Origin: an uncultured Gemmatimonadales bacterium
GTDB taxonomy: Bacteria > Gemmatimonadota > Gemmatimonadetes > Gemmatimonadales > GWC2-71-9
Direction of reading: 5' to 3'
Assembly (NCBI GenBank): GCA_963795085.1
Contig: CAWCFX010000004.1
Span: forward strand, 704,001 to 768,000
DNA length: 64,000 bases
A model generated the notes under the pieces. It did not search any database, had not been told where the DNA came from, and saw nothing but the letters and a program-made list of their open reading frames with translations. Made by a program: the position numbers and the translations under genes. Shown in pieces: positions 39,623 through 49,076 of the stretch. Within the stretch, counting starts at the first letter, position 1; the number at the start of each line of letters is the position of its first letter.

Positions 39623-41117
39623 TGCATCTCTCCGTACTGCTGCTCGCTCTCCCGCTGGCGGCGCAGGCTCCACGTGCCGCGGCCCCGGAGATCGCGCGGT
39701 CGGTTGATACGCTGGCCGCGCGAGTCGTCGCGTCGGGCCTGAGCCCGGCGCTCGGCGTGGCCGTCGCGATGGATGGAAAGACAGTCTTCTCGAAGGCGTA
39801 CGGCTGGGCCGACGCCACCGCCCGCATTCCCGCCGATGACCGGACCCTCTGGTATGTCGCCTCGACATCCAAGTCGTACACCGGGTTCGGGATCATGCTG
39901 CTGGTGGCGCAGGGGAAGCTCGGCCTGGCGACGCCGATCACCGCCCTGCTCCCCGGCGTGCAATGGCCGGAAGGGAGTGGATGCCGACCCAGCTCACGCT
40001 CGCCCGGTTCCTCGCCCATACCCACCACCTCGACGACAACGCGGTGGTGCTCAGCGCGGCCTTTACCGGCGCCATTCCCGAAAAGGAATGGCCCCGGCTG
40101 ATCCGGCTGGCCCGGCCCACCGGCAACCAGGACCTGGTGTACAGCAACTTCGGCTACAACGTCGCGGCGATGGTCATCGACCGGATCCGGCCGGAGGGAT
40201 GGCGCCGCTTCCTGGAAACCGCGGTCAATGGTCCGGCCGGCATGTCCGAGACCTACACCCGGGTGAGCGGCCTGGATCCCCGGCGGATCGCGAAACCCCA
40301 TGACATGGCGGGGGACAGTGGCTTCATCGCCCGCCCCTTCGAAAAGACCGATGCCACCATGAACTCCGCCGGTGGCCATCTCGCGACTCTCCACGACCTG
40401 GCCCGGTGGATGATCGTCCAGATGGACAGCGGCCGGATTGACGGGCGCCAGGTATTCCCGGCCGCGGCGGTGCTGCAGGGTCAGGAGATCCTGGGCCGGC
40501 AGACCAGGGACCGGAGCCGGCGGTTTGCATATTTCGACCGCGAGGGATGGGGAGCGGGATGGGACATCGGCTCCTATCGGGGCGAGCGGATGGTGGGCCG
40601 GTTCGGCGGCTACCACTCGTTCCGGTCCCACCTCTCCATGCTGCCGGCCCGCCGGATCGGGGTGACGGTCCAGGTCAATGGCCCGGGCGCGAGCCTGGCG
40701 ACGGATATCCTGGCCGCCCTGGTCTATGATCTCGAAGCTGGCCGGCCCGATGCCCGCGCCGTCGCCTCAGCCCGGCTGGATTCGCTGGTCGGGCGCCTGC
40801 CCGCCGCCCGGCAGGGCGCCGCCGTCAGTGATTCGACGCGCCGGTCCCGGCAGCGGCCGCTCCGGCGTCCGATCGCCGACTTCGCCGGCTCGTACACCAG
40901 CGAGGCCTACGGCACCATCGCCTTCACCAGGGATGGTGCCGGGTTGCGCTACCGCTGGGGGGTCCTGGAAGGGCCGGTGGAAGTGCTCAACGCCGAGCAG
41001 GACCGGCTCCGGATCGAGTTTGCCGGGTCCGGGTACCCGGTGTCGTTCCGATTCGAGGGCGAAGGAGTTGCTCGGGCCATCGAGGTGATGGAAGTGCGGT
41101 TTGAGAGACGGCCGTGA
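39622..41117 (+). CDS. Secreted serine hydrolase with C-terminal DUF3471-like domain, frameshifted at ~39973-39987
   Basis: ASTSK in frame 1, YSN and NSAGG in frame 3; removing two extra bases gives QWPEGVDATQLT. Confidence 0.83.
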
Positions 41118-41120
41118 ACA

Positions 41121-41274
41121 CAGGGGGACAGTGGGTCAGTGGGACAGTGGGACAGTGGGTCAGTGGGACAGTGGGACAGGGGGACAGTGGGACAGTGGGA
41201 CGGTGGGACAGTGGGTCAGTGGGACAGTGGGACAGTGGGACAGTGGGACAGTGGGACAGTGGGACGGTGGGACA
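41121..41274 (+). repeat. 8-bp tandem array (GGGWCAGT) ~19 units
   Basis: Read directly; starts 3 nt after the stop at 41117. Confidence 0.95.
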
Positions 41275-41334
41275 TCCCCTCTATGGTTTAGAACTTCTGC
41301 TAGTATGAATGTCTGTCCAGCAACGGAGACTTCC

Positions 41335-42513
41335 ATGCCCCGACTCGCTCTGGCCGGCGCACTCGCCCTTGCCTTCCTCACCGCCTGCGGCTCGCCGCCG
41401 GATAACCAGGCCGGTTCCGAATCGACCCCGGGTGGGGAGGCGGGTGGGACCGCCGGCACGCCGCAGCAGGATGGGCTGCAGGCCAACGCGCTCCGGGTCC
41501 AGCGGCTGGATATCATGGACCGCCGGGGCTTCGAGAAGCCGCTGGTGGCGTACACCATGTTCGTCCCCACCGGGTGGCGAGGGACCGGCGAGGTCGAGTA
41601 CGCTCCCCCCGCCGACAATTGCGGCCCCGGCCAGCGCCTCAACTGGCAGGCCACGGCGCCCGATGGCGTGGGTACCATCTCCATCATTCCCGAGGAGAAA
41701 TGGAGCTTCTCCTCCTTTCCCACCCCTCCTGACAACTGTCTCCATTCCCGGGTGGACAACACCCGCGGCTACCTCGAGTGGTGGGTGCAGCGGAATCGTC
41801 CCGGGGCCCGGGTGCTCGACTATCGCCCCCGCCCCGAGCTGGCCCAGTCGCTCCGGCAGCTGGAGCAGGACGCCAACGGCCTCAAGAGCTGGGCCGACGC
41901 CGGTGAACTCCTGGTTGCCTATGCCGTCAACGGCACCGAGGTGCGGGAGAGCATCGCCAGCGCCGTGTTCTTCATGCGGACCCGGTTCCCCGGAATGAAC
42001 CCTGGCCAGGACATGGAAATGCTCCAGGGCATGACCTCGCCGGGCTTCGCGATGCGGATGCCGGAGGGCAAGCTGGATTTCAACGCCGCGGAAGCGCTGC
42101 GGCAGTCCATTCGATCGGCGCCGGAGTGGCAGCAACGGATGAACCAGGTGATGGCCGAGCGGGGCCGGATCAACCTGGAACACGGCCGGCGCATGTCCGA
42201 AATCAACCTGCAGGGCGCCCGGGACCGCTCGGCGATCATCGCCAATACCGCGAAAGAGATCAACGAGATCCAGATGGGCACCTGGCAGAGCCGGAGCGAG
42301 AGCATGGATCGGCAGCAGCGGGAGACCATAGAAGGGATCCGGGGCGTGGAGACCTACAATGACCCGCACTACGGCGGCACCGTTCAGCTTTCGAATCAGT
42401 ACAACCATGCCTGGCAGCTGCGCGATGGCAGCTACGTGCTGACTAACGACCCGAACTTCAACCCATCGCGGACGCTGAACGTGGAGGGCCGGCAACTGGA
42501 CCGCACGCAGTAG
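41335..42513 (+). CDS. Hypothetical lipoprotein
   Basis: GGAG RBS, LTAC lipobox, C-terminal IRGVETYNDP..SNQYNHAW..YVLTNDPNFNP. Confidence 0.82.
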   Translation: MPRLALAGALALAFLTACGSPPDNQAGSESTPGGEAGGTAGTPQQDGLQANALRVQRLDIMDRRGFEKPLVAYTMFVPTGWRGTGEVEYAPPADNCGPGQRLNWQATAPDGVGTISIIPEEKWSFSSFPTPPDNCLHSRVDNTRGYLEWWVQRNRPGARVLDYRPRPELAQSLRQLEQDANGLKSWADAGELLVAYAVNGTEVRESIASAVFFMRTRFPGMNPGQDMEMLQGMTSPGFAMRMPEGKLDFNAAEALRQSIRSAPEWQQRMNQVMAERGRINLEHGRRMSEINLQGARDRSAIIANTAKEINEIQMGTWQSRSESMDRQQRETIEGIRGVETYNDPHYGGTVQLSNQYNHAWQLRDGSYVLTNDPNFNPSRTLNVEGRQLDRTQ

Positions 42514-42527
42514 GGAGCAGGATGGAT

Positions 42528-42573
42528 CTTGCCCTCCTTGCCCCCTTGGCCCCCTTGCCCCCTTGCCCCCTTT
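42528..42573 (-). repeat. 8-bp degenerate array (CCCCTTGC)n
   Basis: About five units just upstream of the Smr gene. Confidence 0.8.
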
Positions 42574-42579
42574 GAGATC

Positions 42580-42924
42580 ATGTCCGGCGTCCTGACCATC
42601 AACATCAAGGCCGACATGCCCACGGTGGAGGAGGCGCGGAAGCGGCTCCTCGCCGAGCTGGCCAGTGCCAGGGCGAAGGGGTTTACCGCGATCAAGCTGA
42701 TCCACGGCTACGGTTCCACGGGGCAGGGCGGGGCGCTCCGCGACGGGTTACGCCGGTCGCTGACCCTCCGGCGGAAAGAAGGAAAGATCCGGTCCTGGAT
42801 CGCCGGCGAGCGCTGGGATCCCTTCGAAGCGGCGGCGCGGGAGATGATGGACGCGTGTCCCGAGCTGGCGCGGGACCGGGACATCGGGATGGGGAACGAG
42901 GGGGTGACGGTGGTGCTGTTGTGA
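42580..42924 (+). CDS. Stand-alone Smr/MutS2 C-terminal domain protein
   Basis: TVEEAR, LIHGYGSTGQGGALR, terminal GNEGVTVVLL. Confidence 0.85.
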   Translation: MSGVLTINIKADMPTVEEARKRLLAELASARAKGFTAIKLIHGYGSTGQGGALRDGLRRSLTLRRKEGKIRSWIAGERWDPFEAAAREMMDACPELARDRDIGMGNEGVTVVLL

Positions 42925-42968
42925 GTGCAGAGTGCAGAGTGCAGAGTGCAGCGTGCAGCGTGCAGCGT
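42923..42968 (+). repeat. 7-bp tandem array (GMGTGCA) ~6 units
   Basis: Overlaps the Smr stop codon. Confidence 0.9.
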
Positions 42969-43012
42969 TCCATGCCCGATACCCGGACGGAGACCACCCC
43001 GGCGCCCATCCC

Positions 43013-43504
43013 ATGGAAATCAGATCTCCCGATCCCGCTGAAGTGGACTCGCTCGCCCGGATCTGGTACGACGCCTGGCGGGATTCCCACCTCGAACTGC
43101 TTCCGGCCGAATTGATCCGGCATCGCACGCTGGAGAGTTTCCGGGAACGTATGGCGGCCGGCCTGGCGCATGTGCGGGTCGCGGGCCCGCCCGGCGCGGC
43201 GGTGGGTTTCCATATGCTCAGGGGCGACGAGCTCTACCAGCTCTTCGTCGCGGCGCCGGCGCGGGGGGGCGGAGCCGCGGCCGCCCTGGTCGCGGACGCG
43301 GAGCAGCGGCTCCGGGAGGATGGTGTCGAGACCGCCTGGCTCGCGTGCGCCATCGGGAACGACCGGGCCGCCCGGTTCTACGAGAAGACCGGGTGGCGGC
43401 GGGTTGGGACCTTTGTCAGCAACCTGGAAACCCCGGACGGCACCCTCCCGCTGGAGACGTGGCGGTATGAAAAGGAACTGGGCGGGCCCCCCGCTCACGC
43501 GTGA
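43013..43504 (+). CDS. GNAT family N-acetyltransferase
   Basis: LFVAAPARGGGAA, GNDRAARFYEKTGW. Confidence 0.88.
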   Translation: MEIRSPDPAEVDSLARIWYDAWRDSHLELLPAELIRHRTLESFRERMAAGLAHVRVAGPPGAAVGFHMLRGDELYQLFVAAPARGGGAAAALVADAEQRLREDGVETAWLACAIGNDRAARFYEKTGWRRVGTFVSNLETPDGTLPLETWRYEKELGGPPAHA

Positions 43505-43546
43505 GGCCCGCCCAGCCTGTCCGCCCAGGAGACTACCGCGGGGTTG

Positions 43547-44560
43547 TCACCGGGCCGCCACCGCGCCCGGCCGGCTCACCTGGAACAGTCCCACGGCTCC
43601 CTTTGTCGCGTCGGCGAAGGCGTGGGTCACAAAGGCGTAGGTGCCTTCCCCGCTATACCCCTGCATGAATTCCAGCTCGAACACCGCACCGCCGCCGGTG
43701 GGCACCGTGTAGGTCTGCACCCCATCGATCGCCTGGCGGACGTTCCCTCCGGGATACACCCGGCTGAAGATGTTGCCTACCACGTGGAAGTCACTGCGCG
43801 CGTTGGGGCCGGCGTTCATCACGAAGAGCCGGACCCGGTCGCCTTCGGCCACCTGCAGCGGGGCGATGTCCTTGTACTGGAAGGCCCGCCCGTTGAAGGT
43901 CACGTACTGCGGGGCCCCGTTCTGCATCCGGGCCCAGTCGCCCTCGAGGATGGTGCTGTCCCCGGCGGAGCGACGGGGGTAGAAGTCGCTCTGCACCAGC
44001 ACGAACTCCTTGTCCACGCTGCCGGGCCAGCCGTCTTCCGGGTCCACGATGATGGGCAGGTACATTCCCTGGGCGATATGCATCAGCGCCGGCGGCGTGC
44101 CGCAGTGCACCATGAACACGCCCGGCGTGGTGGCCTCGAACTCGAACTGGAGGCTGTCGCCCGGGGCGATGGACTTCATGGCGTGGTTCATGGGGATCTT
44201 CGAGGCATGAAAATCGATCGAGTGAGGCATGTCCTTCGCCTCGTTGACCAGCGTGATCCGGACCAGGTCGCCCTGGCGGACCCGGATCACCGGGCCGGGC
44301 ACCGTGCCGCCGAAGGTCCAGCCCACGTAGCGGACCCCTTTCGCGATCTCGACGGTGTCGTGAGTCATCGGGATGCGAAACTCCTTCTGTTCCGCCCGCG
44401 ATGCCGGCAGGACGGCCGCATCATATACCGGGGTCACGTTGTGGGGGGTGAGCCCGAAGTCCGTCCGCTCGGTGGCCGGGGCATTCGACCGGGTCCCGAT
44501 GAAGGCGATGCCCAGCAGCAGCGTGGTGAAGGCGGTCAGGGTGATGGTCTTCGCTTTCAT
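43547..44560 (-). CDS. nirK: Copper-containing nitrite reductase (two cupredoxin domains)
   Basis: Signal peptide, HSIDFH, HCGTPPALMHIAQGM, DFHVVG, FVTH: type 1/type 2 Cu ligands plus catalytic Asp/His positions. Confidence 0.8.
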   Translation of the reverse strand: MKAKTITLTAFTTLLLGIAFIGTRSNAPATERTDFGLTPHNVTPVYDAAVLPASRAEQKEFRIPMTHDTVEIAKGVRYVGWTFGGTVPGPVIRVRQGDLVRITLVNEAKDMPHSIDFHASKIPMNHAMKSIAPGDSLQFEFEATTPGVFMVHCGTPPALMHIAQGMYLPIIVDPEDGWPGSVDKEFVLVQSDFYPRRSAGDSTILEGDWARMQNGAPQYVTFNGRAFQYKDIAPLQVAEGDRVRLFVMNAGPNARSDFHVVGNIFSRVYPGGNVRQAIDGVQTYTVPTGGGAVFELEFMQGYSGEGTYAFVTHAFADATKGAVGLFQVSRPGAVAAR

Positions 44561-44678
44561 GGGGCTGTCCTCGTGACGTGAGTGCGCGGAACCCGGGGTC
44601 CGGGGATTCGATGCTGGGAGGATAGAGCGGGGCGGGAAAAAGCGGGGTGAAGGGGACGTGAAGGATCGTTCAGCTTCC

Positions 44679-44757
44679 CTGCACTCTGCACTCTGCACTC
44701 TGCACTCTGCACTCTGCACTCTGCACTCTGTACTCTGTCACTCTGCCCTCTGCCCCT
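44679..44757 (-). repeat. 7-bp tandem array (CTGCACT) ~11 units
   Basis: Abuts the RES gene stop; reads GAGTGCA on the minus strand. Confidence 0.93.
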
Positions 44758-45211
44758 ACCTTCCCACCAGCCTCGGATCAAACCGGAACGCCCGCTCGGC
44801 CACCACCGTCACCTTCGCGAAGGCGGGATGGCCAGGGTGGAGGATCAGGTTCGATTCCTCGGGAACCAGCGCGGACGGTACCAGCAGCGACAGCGAGTCT
44901 CCGGTGGCGAGCCAGCGGGCTCCGTAGTCGGCGCACCAGGGATGCTCCGGGATCCGCTGCCAATCGGCGGGAAGTTCGACCGGGTCCAGCCGGTGGACCG
45001 GCTGGTCGGGCAACTCAATGGTGAGAGCGATCAGGTCAGAAGGGGCCTGGGCAATCTCGAGATGAACCAGGTATTCCAGTGCCGCGAGCGAGAGGGTCGT
45101 CGAGGTGTACACCGCGGCGGTTCCCGGCCGGTTCCATCGCCCGCCATACCGGAACGCCCCCTCGCCGTCCAGTGCCCGATAGGCCGCTCGACACAGCCGA
45201 TAGACGATCAC
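44756..45211 (-). CDS. RES-domain toxin (MbcT/ParT-like)
   Basis: YRL, GGRWN, YTS..LAALE, VPSA, NLILHP, FDPRL. Confidence 0.92.
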   Translation of the reverse strand: MIVYRLCRAAYRALDGEGAFRYGGRWNRPGTAAVYTSTTLSLAALEYLVHLEIAQAPSDLIALTIELPDQPVHRLDPVELPADWQRIPEHPWCADYGARWLATGDSLSLLVPSALVPEESNLILHPGHPAFAKVTVVAERAFRFDPRLVGR

Positions 45212-45217
45212 CGGGAC

Positions 45218-45655
45218 TCAGCTGGCGATGCCGTGCTCGATCCGGCCCAGCACCCGCTCGACCGCGAGCGAGCCGGCATCGCTCCCGAGGAGCGAGATGG
45301 GCGTCCGCCCGCCCAGGGCTCGGTTGGGCGCGGCGAGCCAGGGGCGCACCTGTCCCGGGTTGCCCAGGGCCGCTTCGGTTCGGACCACCATGCGGGCCAG
45401 CCGCGCCAGCCGGTCGGACTCCTCGGCGGAGAGGGTAGTCCCCTGGGAGCGCTTGCGCTGCAGGGTGCGGGCGCTGCCCACCACCCCATACACATCGGCC
45501 TGGGAGACGAACTCGCCCACCAGGTCGCCCAGCAGCGTGTCCAGCGCCTTCACCGGAAGCCCGGCCCTGATGGCGGAATCCAGCTCCAGGTCGCTCTTGA
45601 ACTTGCGGCGGAACACCCGGTACCCGCCCAGTTTCTCCATGACCACGTTTTCCAT
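45218..45655 (-). CDS. Xre/MbcA/ParS-family antitoxin
   Basis: IRAGLP, RTLQRK, LSAEESDRL.R, WLAAPNRALGGRTP.SLL, LGRIEHG. Confidence 0.92.
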   Translation of the reverse strand: MENVVMEKLGGYRVFRRKFKSDLELDSAIRAGLPVKALDTLLGDLVGEFVSQADVYGVVGSARTLQRKRSQGTTLSAEESDRLARLARMVVRTEAALGNPGQVRPWLAAPNRALGGRTPISLLGSDAGSLAVERVLGRIEHGIAS

Positions 45656-45715
45656 GCCCGCTCCATGCGCCAAATGACGTATACAAGTTACCCGGAGGGC
45701 GGGGCGAAAGCAATT

Positions 45716-46011
45716 GGGGGAATGGGAATGGGAATGGGGAATTGAGGGAATTGAGGGAATGAGGGAATTGAGGGAATGTGGGAATTGTAAAGGCATCCTC
45801 CAATTCCAACATTCCCTCAATTCCACCATTCCCTCAATTCCCCCATTCCCTCAATTCCCCCATTCCCTCAATTCCAACATTCCCTCACTTCCAACATTCC
45901 CTCAATTCCAACATTCCCTCAATTCCCCCATTCCCTCAATTCCAACATTCCCTCAATTCCAACATTCCCTCAATTCCAACATTCCCTCAATTCCAACATT
46001 CCCTCAATTCC
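45716..46011. repeat. Head-to-head GGAATTGAG/GGGAAT arrays; right arm built of a 17-bp composite unit (CAATTCCAACATTCCCT)
   Basis: Left arm ~45716-45788, right arm ~45799-46011, between divergent genes. Confidence 0.93.
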
Positions 46012-46032
46012 TCCTTTCCCTTACCTTGCGAC

Positions 46033-48660
46033 ATGCCCCCTCATCTCGATCGCCTCAAGACCCTCCTCCGGGAGCGCTACGCCATCGAGCGCGAACTCGG
46101 CAGCGGGGGGATGGCCACGGTCTATCTCGCCGAGGACCTGCGGCACCACCGCAACGTGGCGGTCAAGGTGCTCCGCCCGGAGATCGCCGCCTCCCTCGGC
46201 AGCGAGCGGTTCTTCCGGGAAATCGAGGTGGCCGCACGGCTGCAGCATCCCCACATCCTCCCCCTCCTCGATTCCGGCGAAGGCGACGGGCTCTACTGGT
46301 TCGTCATGCCCTATGTGGCGGGGGAATCGCTGCGCGACCGGCTGACCCGGGAGGGCGAGCTGCCGGTGCACGACGCGGTGAAGATCCTGGCCGAGGTGGT
46401 GGACGCGCTGGCCGCGGCGCACGCGGAGGGCGTGGTGCACCGGGACATCAAGCCGGACAACGTGATGCTTTCCGGCCGACATGCGCTGGTGACCGACTTC
46501 GGGGTGGCCAAGGCGGTGAGCGAGGCGACCGGCCGGCAGACGCTGACCACCGCCGGGGTGGCCCTCGGCACCCCGTCCTACATGGCGCCGGAGCAGGCGA
46601 CGGCCGATCCCCAGCTCGACCACCGGGTGGACATTTACGCCGCGGGAGTGTTGGGCTACGAAATGCTGACGGGCAGCCCGCCGTTCGTCGGGCGGAGTGC
46701 GCAGGAGATCCTGGCGGCGCAGGTAACCCAGGCGCCGATGGCGATCACGGCCCGGCGAGCCGCGGTGCCGGCGGCGCTCGAGGCGGTGCTGATGAAGTGC
46801 CTGGAGAAGCGCCCCGCCGACCGGTGGCAGCACGCGGAGGAGCTGCTGGCCCAGCTGGAGGTCCTGGCCACGCCGAGCGCGGGGATGACCCCGGTCCAGA
46901 CCCGGCCGATCCCCGCGGTGGCGGCGCCGCCCCGGCAGTTTCCCCGTTGGGCCGCGTGGCTCACGGGCGGGGCGCTGGTGGCGGGCGGCGCGCTGGCGCT
47001 CAGCCTTCGGCAGTCGCCGCCCGACCTGGTGCGGCTTGGTCAACGCACCGTGGTGGCGGCCGAGCCGGCGTTCGAGGGCTGGCCCTCGCTCTCGCCGGAT
47101 GGGAAAGTCATCGCCTATGGCCGGTGGGAGGCGGGCGTCCAGGAAGTCATCGTGCAGCAGGTGGACGGCGGGGCGCCTGTCGTGGTGACCGCCCCGGTGC
47201 CGGGCGCCAACGGCTTGTCGGCCATCTCGCCCGATGGAAGCCGGATGCTCATGGTCGGCGACGATGGGCTCTACCTGATGCCCACCCTTGGGGGCCAGGC
47301 GCGGGTGGTCGCGACCGCGCCCGCCCTGTTCCCGGCCTGGTCAGCGGATGGCTCCCGGTTTGCCTTCGTCGGCGGCGGTGCGCTCGACACCCTCTACCTG
47401 CAGGCGCTGGAGGGGTCGGGCCGCACGGTGATCGCGACTGGGGCGATGATCCATTCTCCCGCCTGGTCCACCGATGGCGAATGGGTCGCCTACGTGGAGG
47501 GGAACGTCTTTTTCCATACCAGGGGAAACACGGCGCCCAGCTCTCTCAAGCTGGTCCGCGCTTCGGGGGGCACGCCCATCGCGCTCAGCGATTCGACTTC
47601 GCTCAACACGAGCCCGGTGTGGATCCCCGGGCGGCGGGCGCTCCTGTTCATCAGCAATCGCGAAGGGGGGCGGGACATCTACCAGCTGGAGGTGAAAGGC
47701 TCGGGGCAGCCGCAGGGCAGGGGCGTCAGGATCACCACCGGCCTCAACCCGGAACGGCTCAGCTTCTCGGCGGACGGCCGCCGGCTGGCCTGGTCGGTCC
47801 TGACCCAGACCTCGAACGTGTGGTCCATCGCCATTCCCGGCCGGGACTCGGTGCCGCTCTCCCGGGCCCGCCAGGTGACCAGCGGAACCCAGAATATCGA
47901 GAACGCAGTGGTGTCCTCCGACGGGTGGCTCTACTACGACTCGGACCGGAGCGGCAACTTCGATATCTGGCGGATTCCCCTGGCCGGCGGCCAGCCGCAG
48001 CAGCTCACCACCGATCCCGCCGATGATTTTGCGCCGGATCCCTCACCCGACGGTAAGCAGGTGGCCTTCCACTCCACGAGAAACGGGGTCAACAACCGGG
48101 ACATCTTCGTGATGCCTGTAGGGGGAGGAGCGGCGGTCCAGGTTTCGACCAGTCCGGGGGACGATCGCGGCCCCAACTGGTCGCCGGATGGCCGGTTCCT
48201 GTCCTGGGGTGATAACTACTCCGACAGCGGGGTGCTGTTGGTGGAGCAACAGCCCCGCGGCGGCTGGTCGGCCCCGAGACGGTTCCTCGGCCACGGAGGA
48301 GATTCCTGGTCAGCCGATGGGCGGTTTGTAATCTTCGATTCGCTGGGCATGCACCTCGTGGATCCGGGCGCCGGGGGGCGCAGCCTGCTGCTCTCCATGC
48401 AGGCGATAGGAGGCCGGGGCTTCTCCTACAGCGTCCTGTCCGCCGACCTGCGCACCGTGTACGCCCCGAGAGTGGACAGCACCGGCCGGTTTTCCATCGT
48501 GGCCTTTCCGGTGGGAGGGGAAACCTCCCGCACCCTGGTGTACGCCGATAACCCGCTGGCACAGCAGCACCGCTACGGGCTGGAGGTGTCCGGCGGCCGG
48601 TTCTATGTGCCGGTGTTGGAGGCGAAGCTGGACGTATGGGTGGGGGAGGTGAGGCAGTGA
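46033..48660 (+). CDS. Ser/Thr protein kinase with TM and TolB-like (PD40) propellers
   Basis: GSGGMA, HRDIKPDN, DFG, YMAPE; repeated SPDG/WSxDG blades. Confidence 0.93.
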   Translation: MPPHLDRLKTLLRERYAIERELGSGGMATVYLAEDLRHHRNVAVKVLRPEIAASLGSERFFREIEVAARLQHPHILPLLDSGEGDGLYWFVMPYVAGESLRDRLTREGELPVHDAVKILAEVVDALAAAHAEGVVHRDIKPDNVMLSGRHALVTDFGVAKAVSEATGRQTLTTAGVALGTPSYMAPEQATADPQLDHRVDIYAAGVLGYEMLTGSPPFVGRSAQEILAAQVTQAPMAITARRAAVPAALEAVLMKCLEKRPADRWQHAEELLAQLEVLATPSAGMTPVQTRPIPAVAAPPRQFPRWAAWLTGGALVAGGALALSLRQSPPDLVRLGQRTVVAAEPAFEGWPSLSPDGKVIAYGRWEAGVQEVIVQQVDGGAPVVVTAPVPGANGLSAISPDGSRMLMVGDDGLYLMPTLGGQARVVATAPALFPAWSADGSRFAFVGGGALDTLYLQALEGSGRTVIATGAMIHSPAWSTDGEWVAYVEGNVFFHTRGNTAPSSLKLVRASGGTPIALSDSTSLNTSPVWIPGRRALLFISNREGGRDIYQLEVKGSGQPQGRGVRITTGLNPERLSFSADGRRLAWSVLTQTSNVWSIAIPGRDSVPLSRARQVTSGTQNIENAVVSSDGWLYYDSDRSGNFDIWRIPLAGGQPQQLTTDPADDFAPDPSPDGKQVAFHSTRNGVNNRDIFVMPVGGGAAVQVSTSPGDDRGPNWSPDGRFLSWGDNYSDSGVLLVEQQPRGGWSAPRRFLGHGGDSWSADGRFVIFDSLGMHLVDPGAGGRSLLLSMQAIGGRGFSYSVLSADLRTVYAPRVDSTGRFSIVAFPVGGETSRTLVYADNPLAQQHRYGLEVSGGRFYVPVLEAKLDVWVGEVRQ

Positions 48661-48909
48661 GAGTGCAGAGTGCAGAGTGCAGAGTGCAGAGTGACGAGTG
48701 ACGAGTGCAGAGTACAGAGTACAGAGTACAGAGTGACGAGTACTGAGTAACTAATCCTTGTTCAAATCACCAACGTTGTTGTCCGCCTTTGCCGGTTCAG
48801 ATCCCTAACCCCCTGACCCCCTTTCCTTGCCCCCCTGCCCTCCTGCCCCCTTGCCCCCTTCCTGTCCCACTGACCCACTGACCCACTGACCCACTGTCCC
48901 ACTGTCCCT
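48661..48909. repeat. Head-to-head mixed arrays: (GAGTRCA)n left; (CCCCYTGC)n + (TGWCCCAC)n right
   Basis: Left arm 48661-48749 begins at the stop; ~50-bp spacer; right arm 48803-48909 ends at a -35 box. Confidence 0.92.
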
Positions 48910-48910
48910 C

Positions 48911-48939
48911 TTGACGACCCGCCACCCCGCCTGTACTCT
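48911..48939 (+). promoter_or_regulatory. Sigma70-type promoter TTGACG-N17-TACTCT
   Basis: Near-consensus hexamers with exact 17-nt spacing. Confidence 0.7.
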
Positions 48940-48945
48940 GGTCGC

Positions 48946-49076
48946 AGGCGTGCAGGACGCCTCCCGTCCGCGGGAAGGACCGAGTCCACCTGCGTAGTGC
49001 GCAGGACGAAGAGTTCGAATCCCACGAACCTCCTTCGCCCGGGCCAGCGGACCTCGGGCGCCACAGGAGGCTCGTT
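48946..49076 (+). ncRNA. Candidate structured cis-regulatory 5' leader RNA
   Basis: Five helices found by eye between the predicted TSS and the GGAGG RBS (49066-49070). Confidence 0.5.

Noticed and set aside
49005..49030. tRNA suggested by GTTCGAATCCC
   Set aside because: No paired T-stem, acceptor stem or cloverleaf; fits better as part of the leader.
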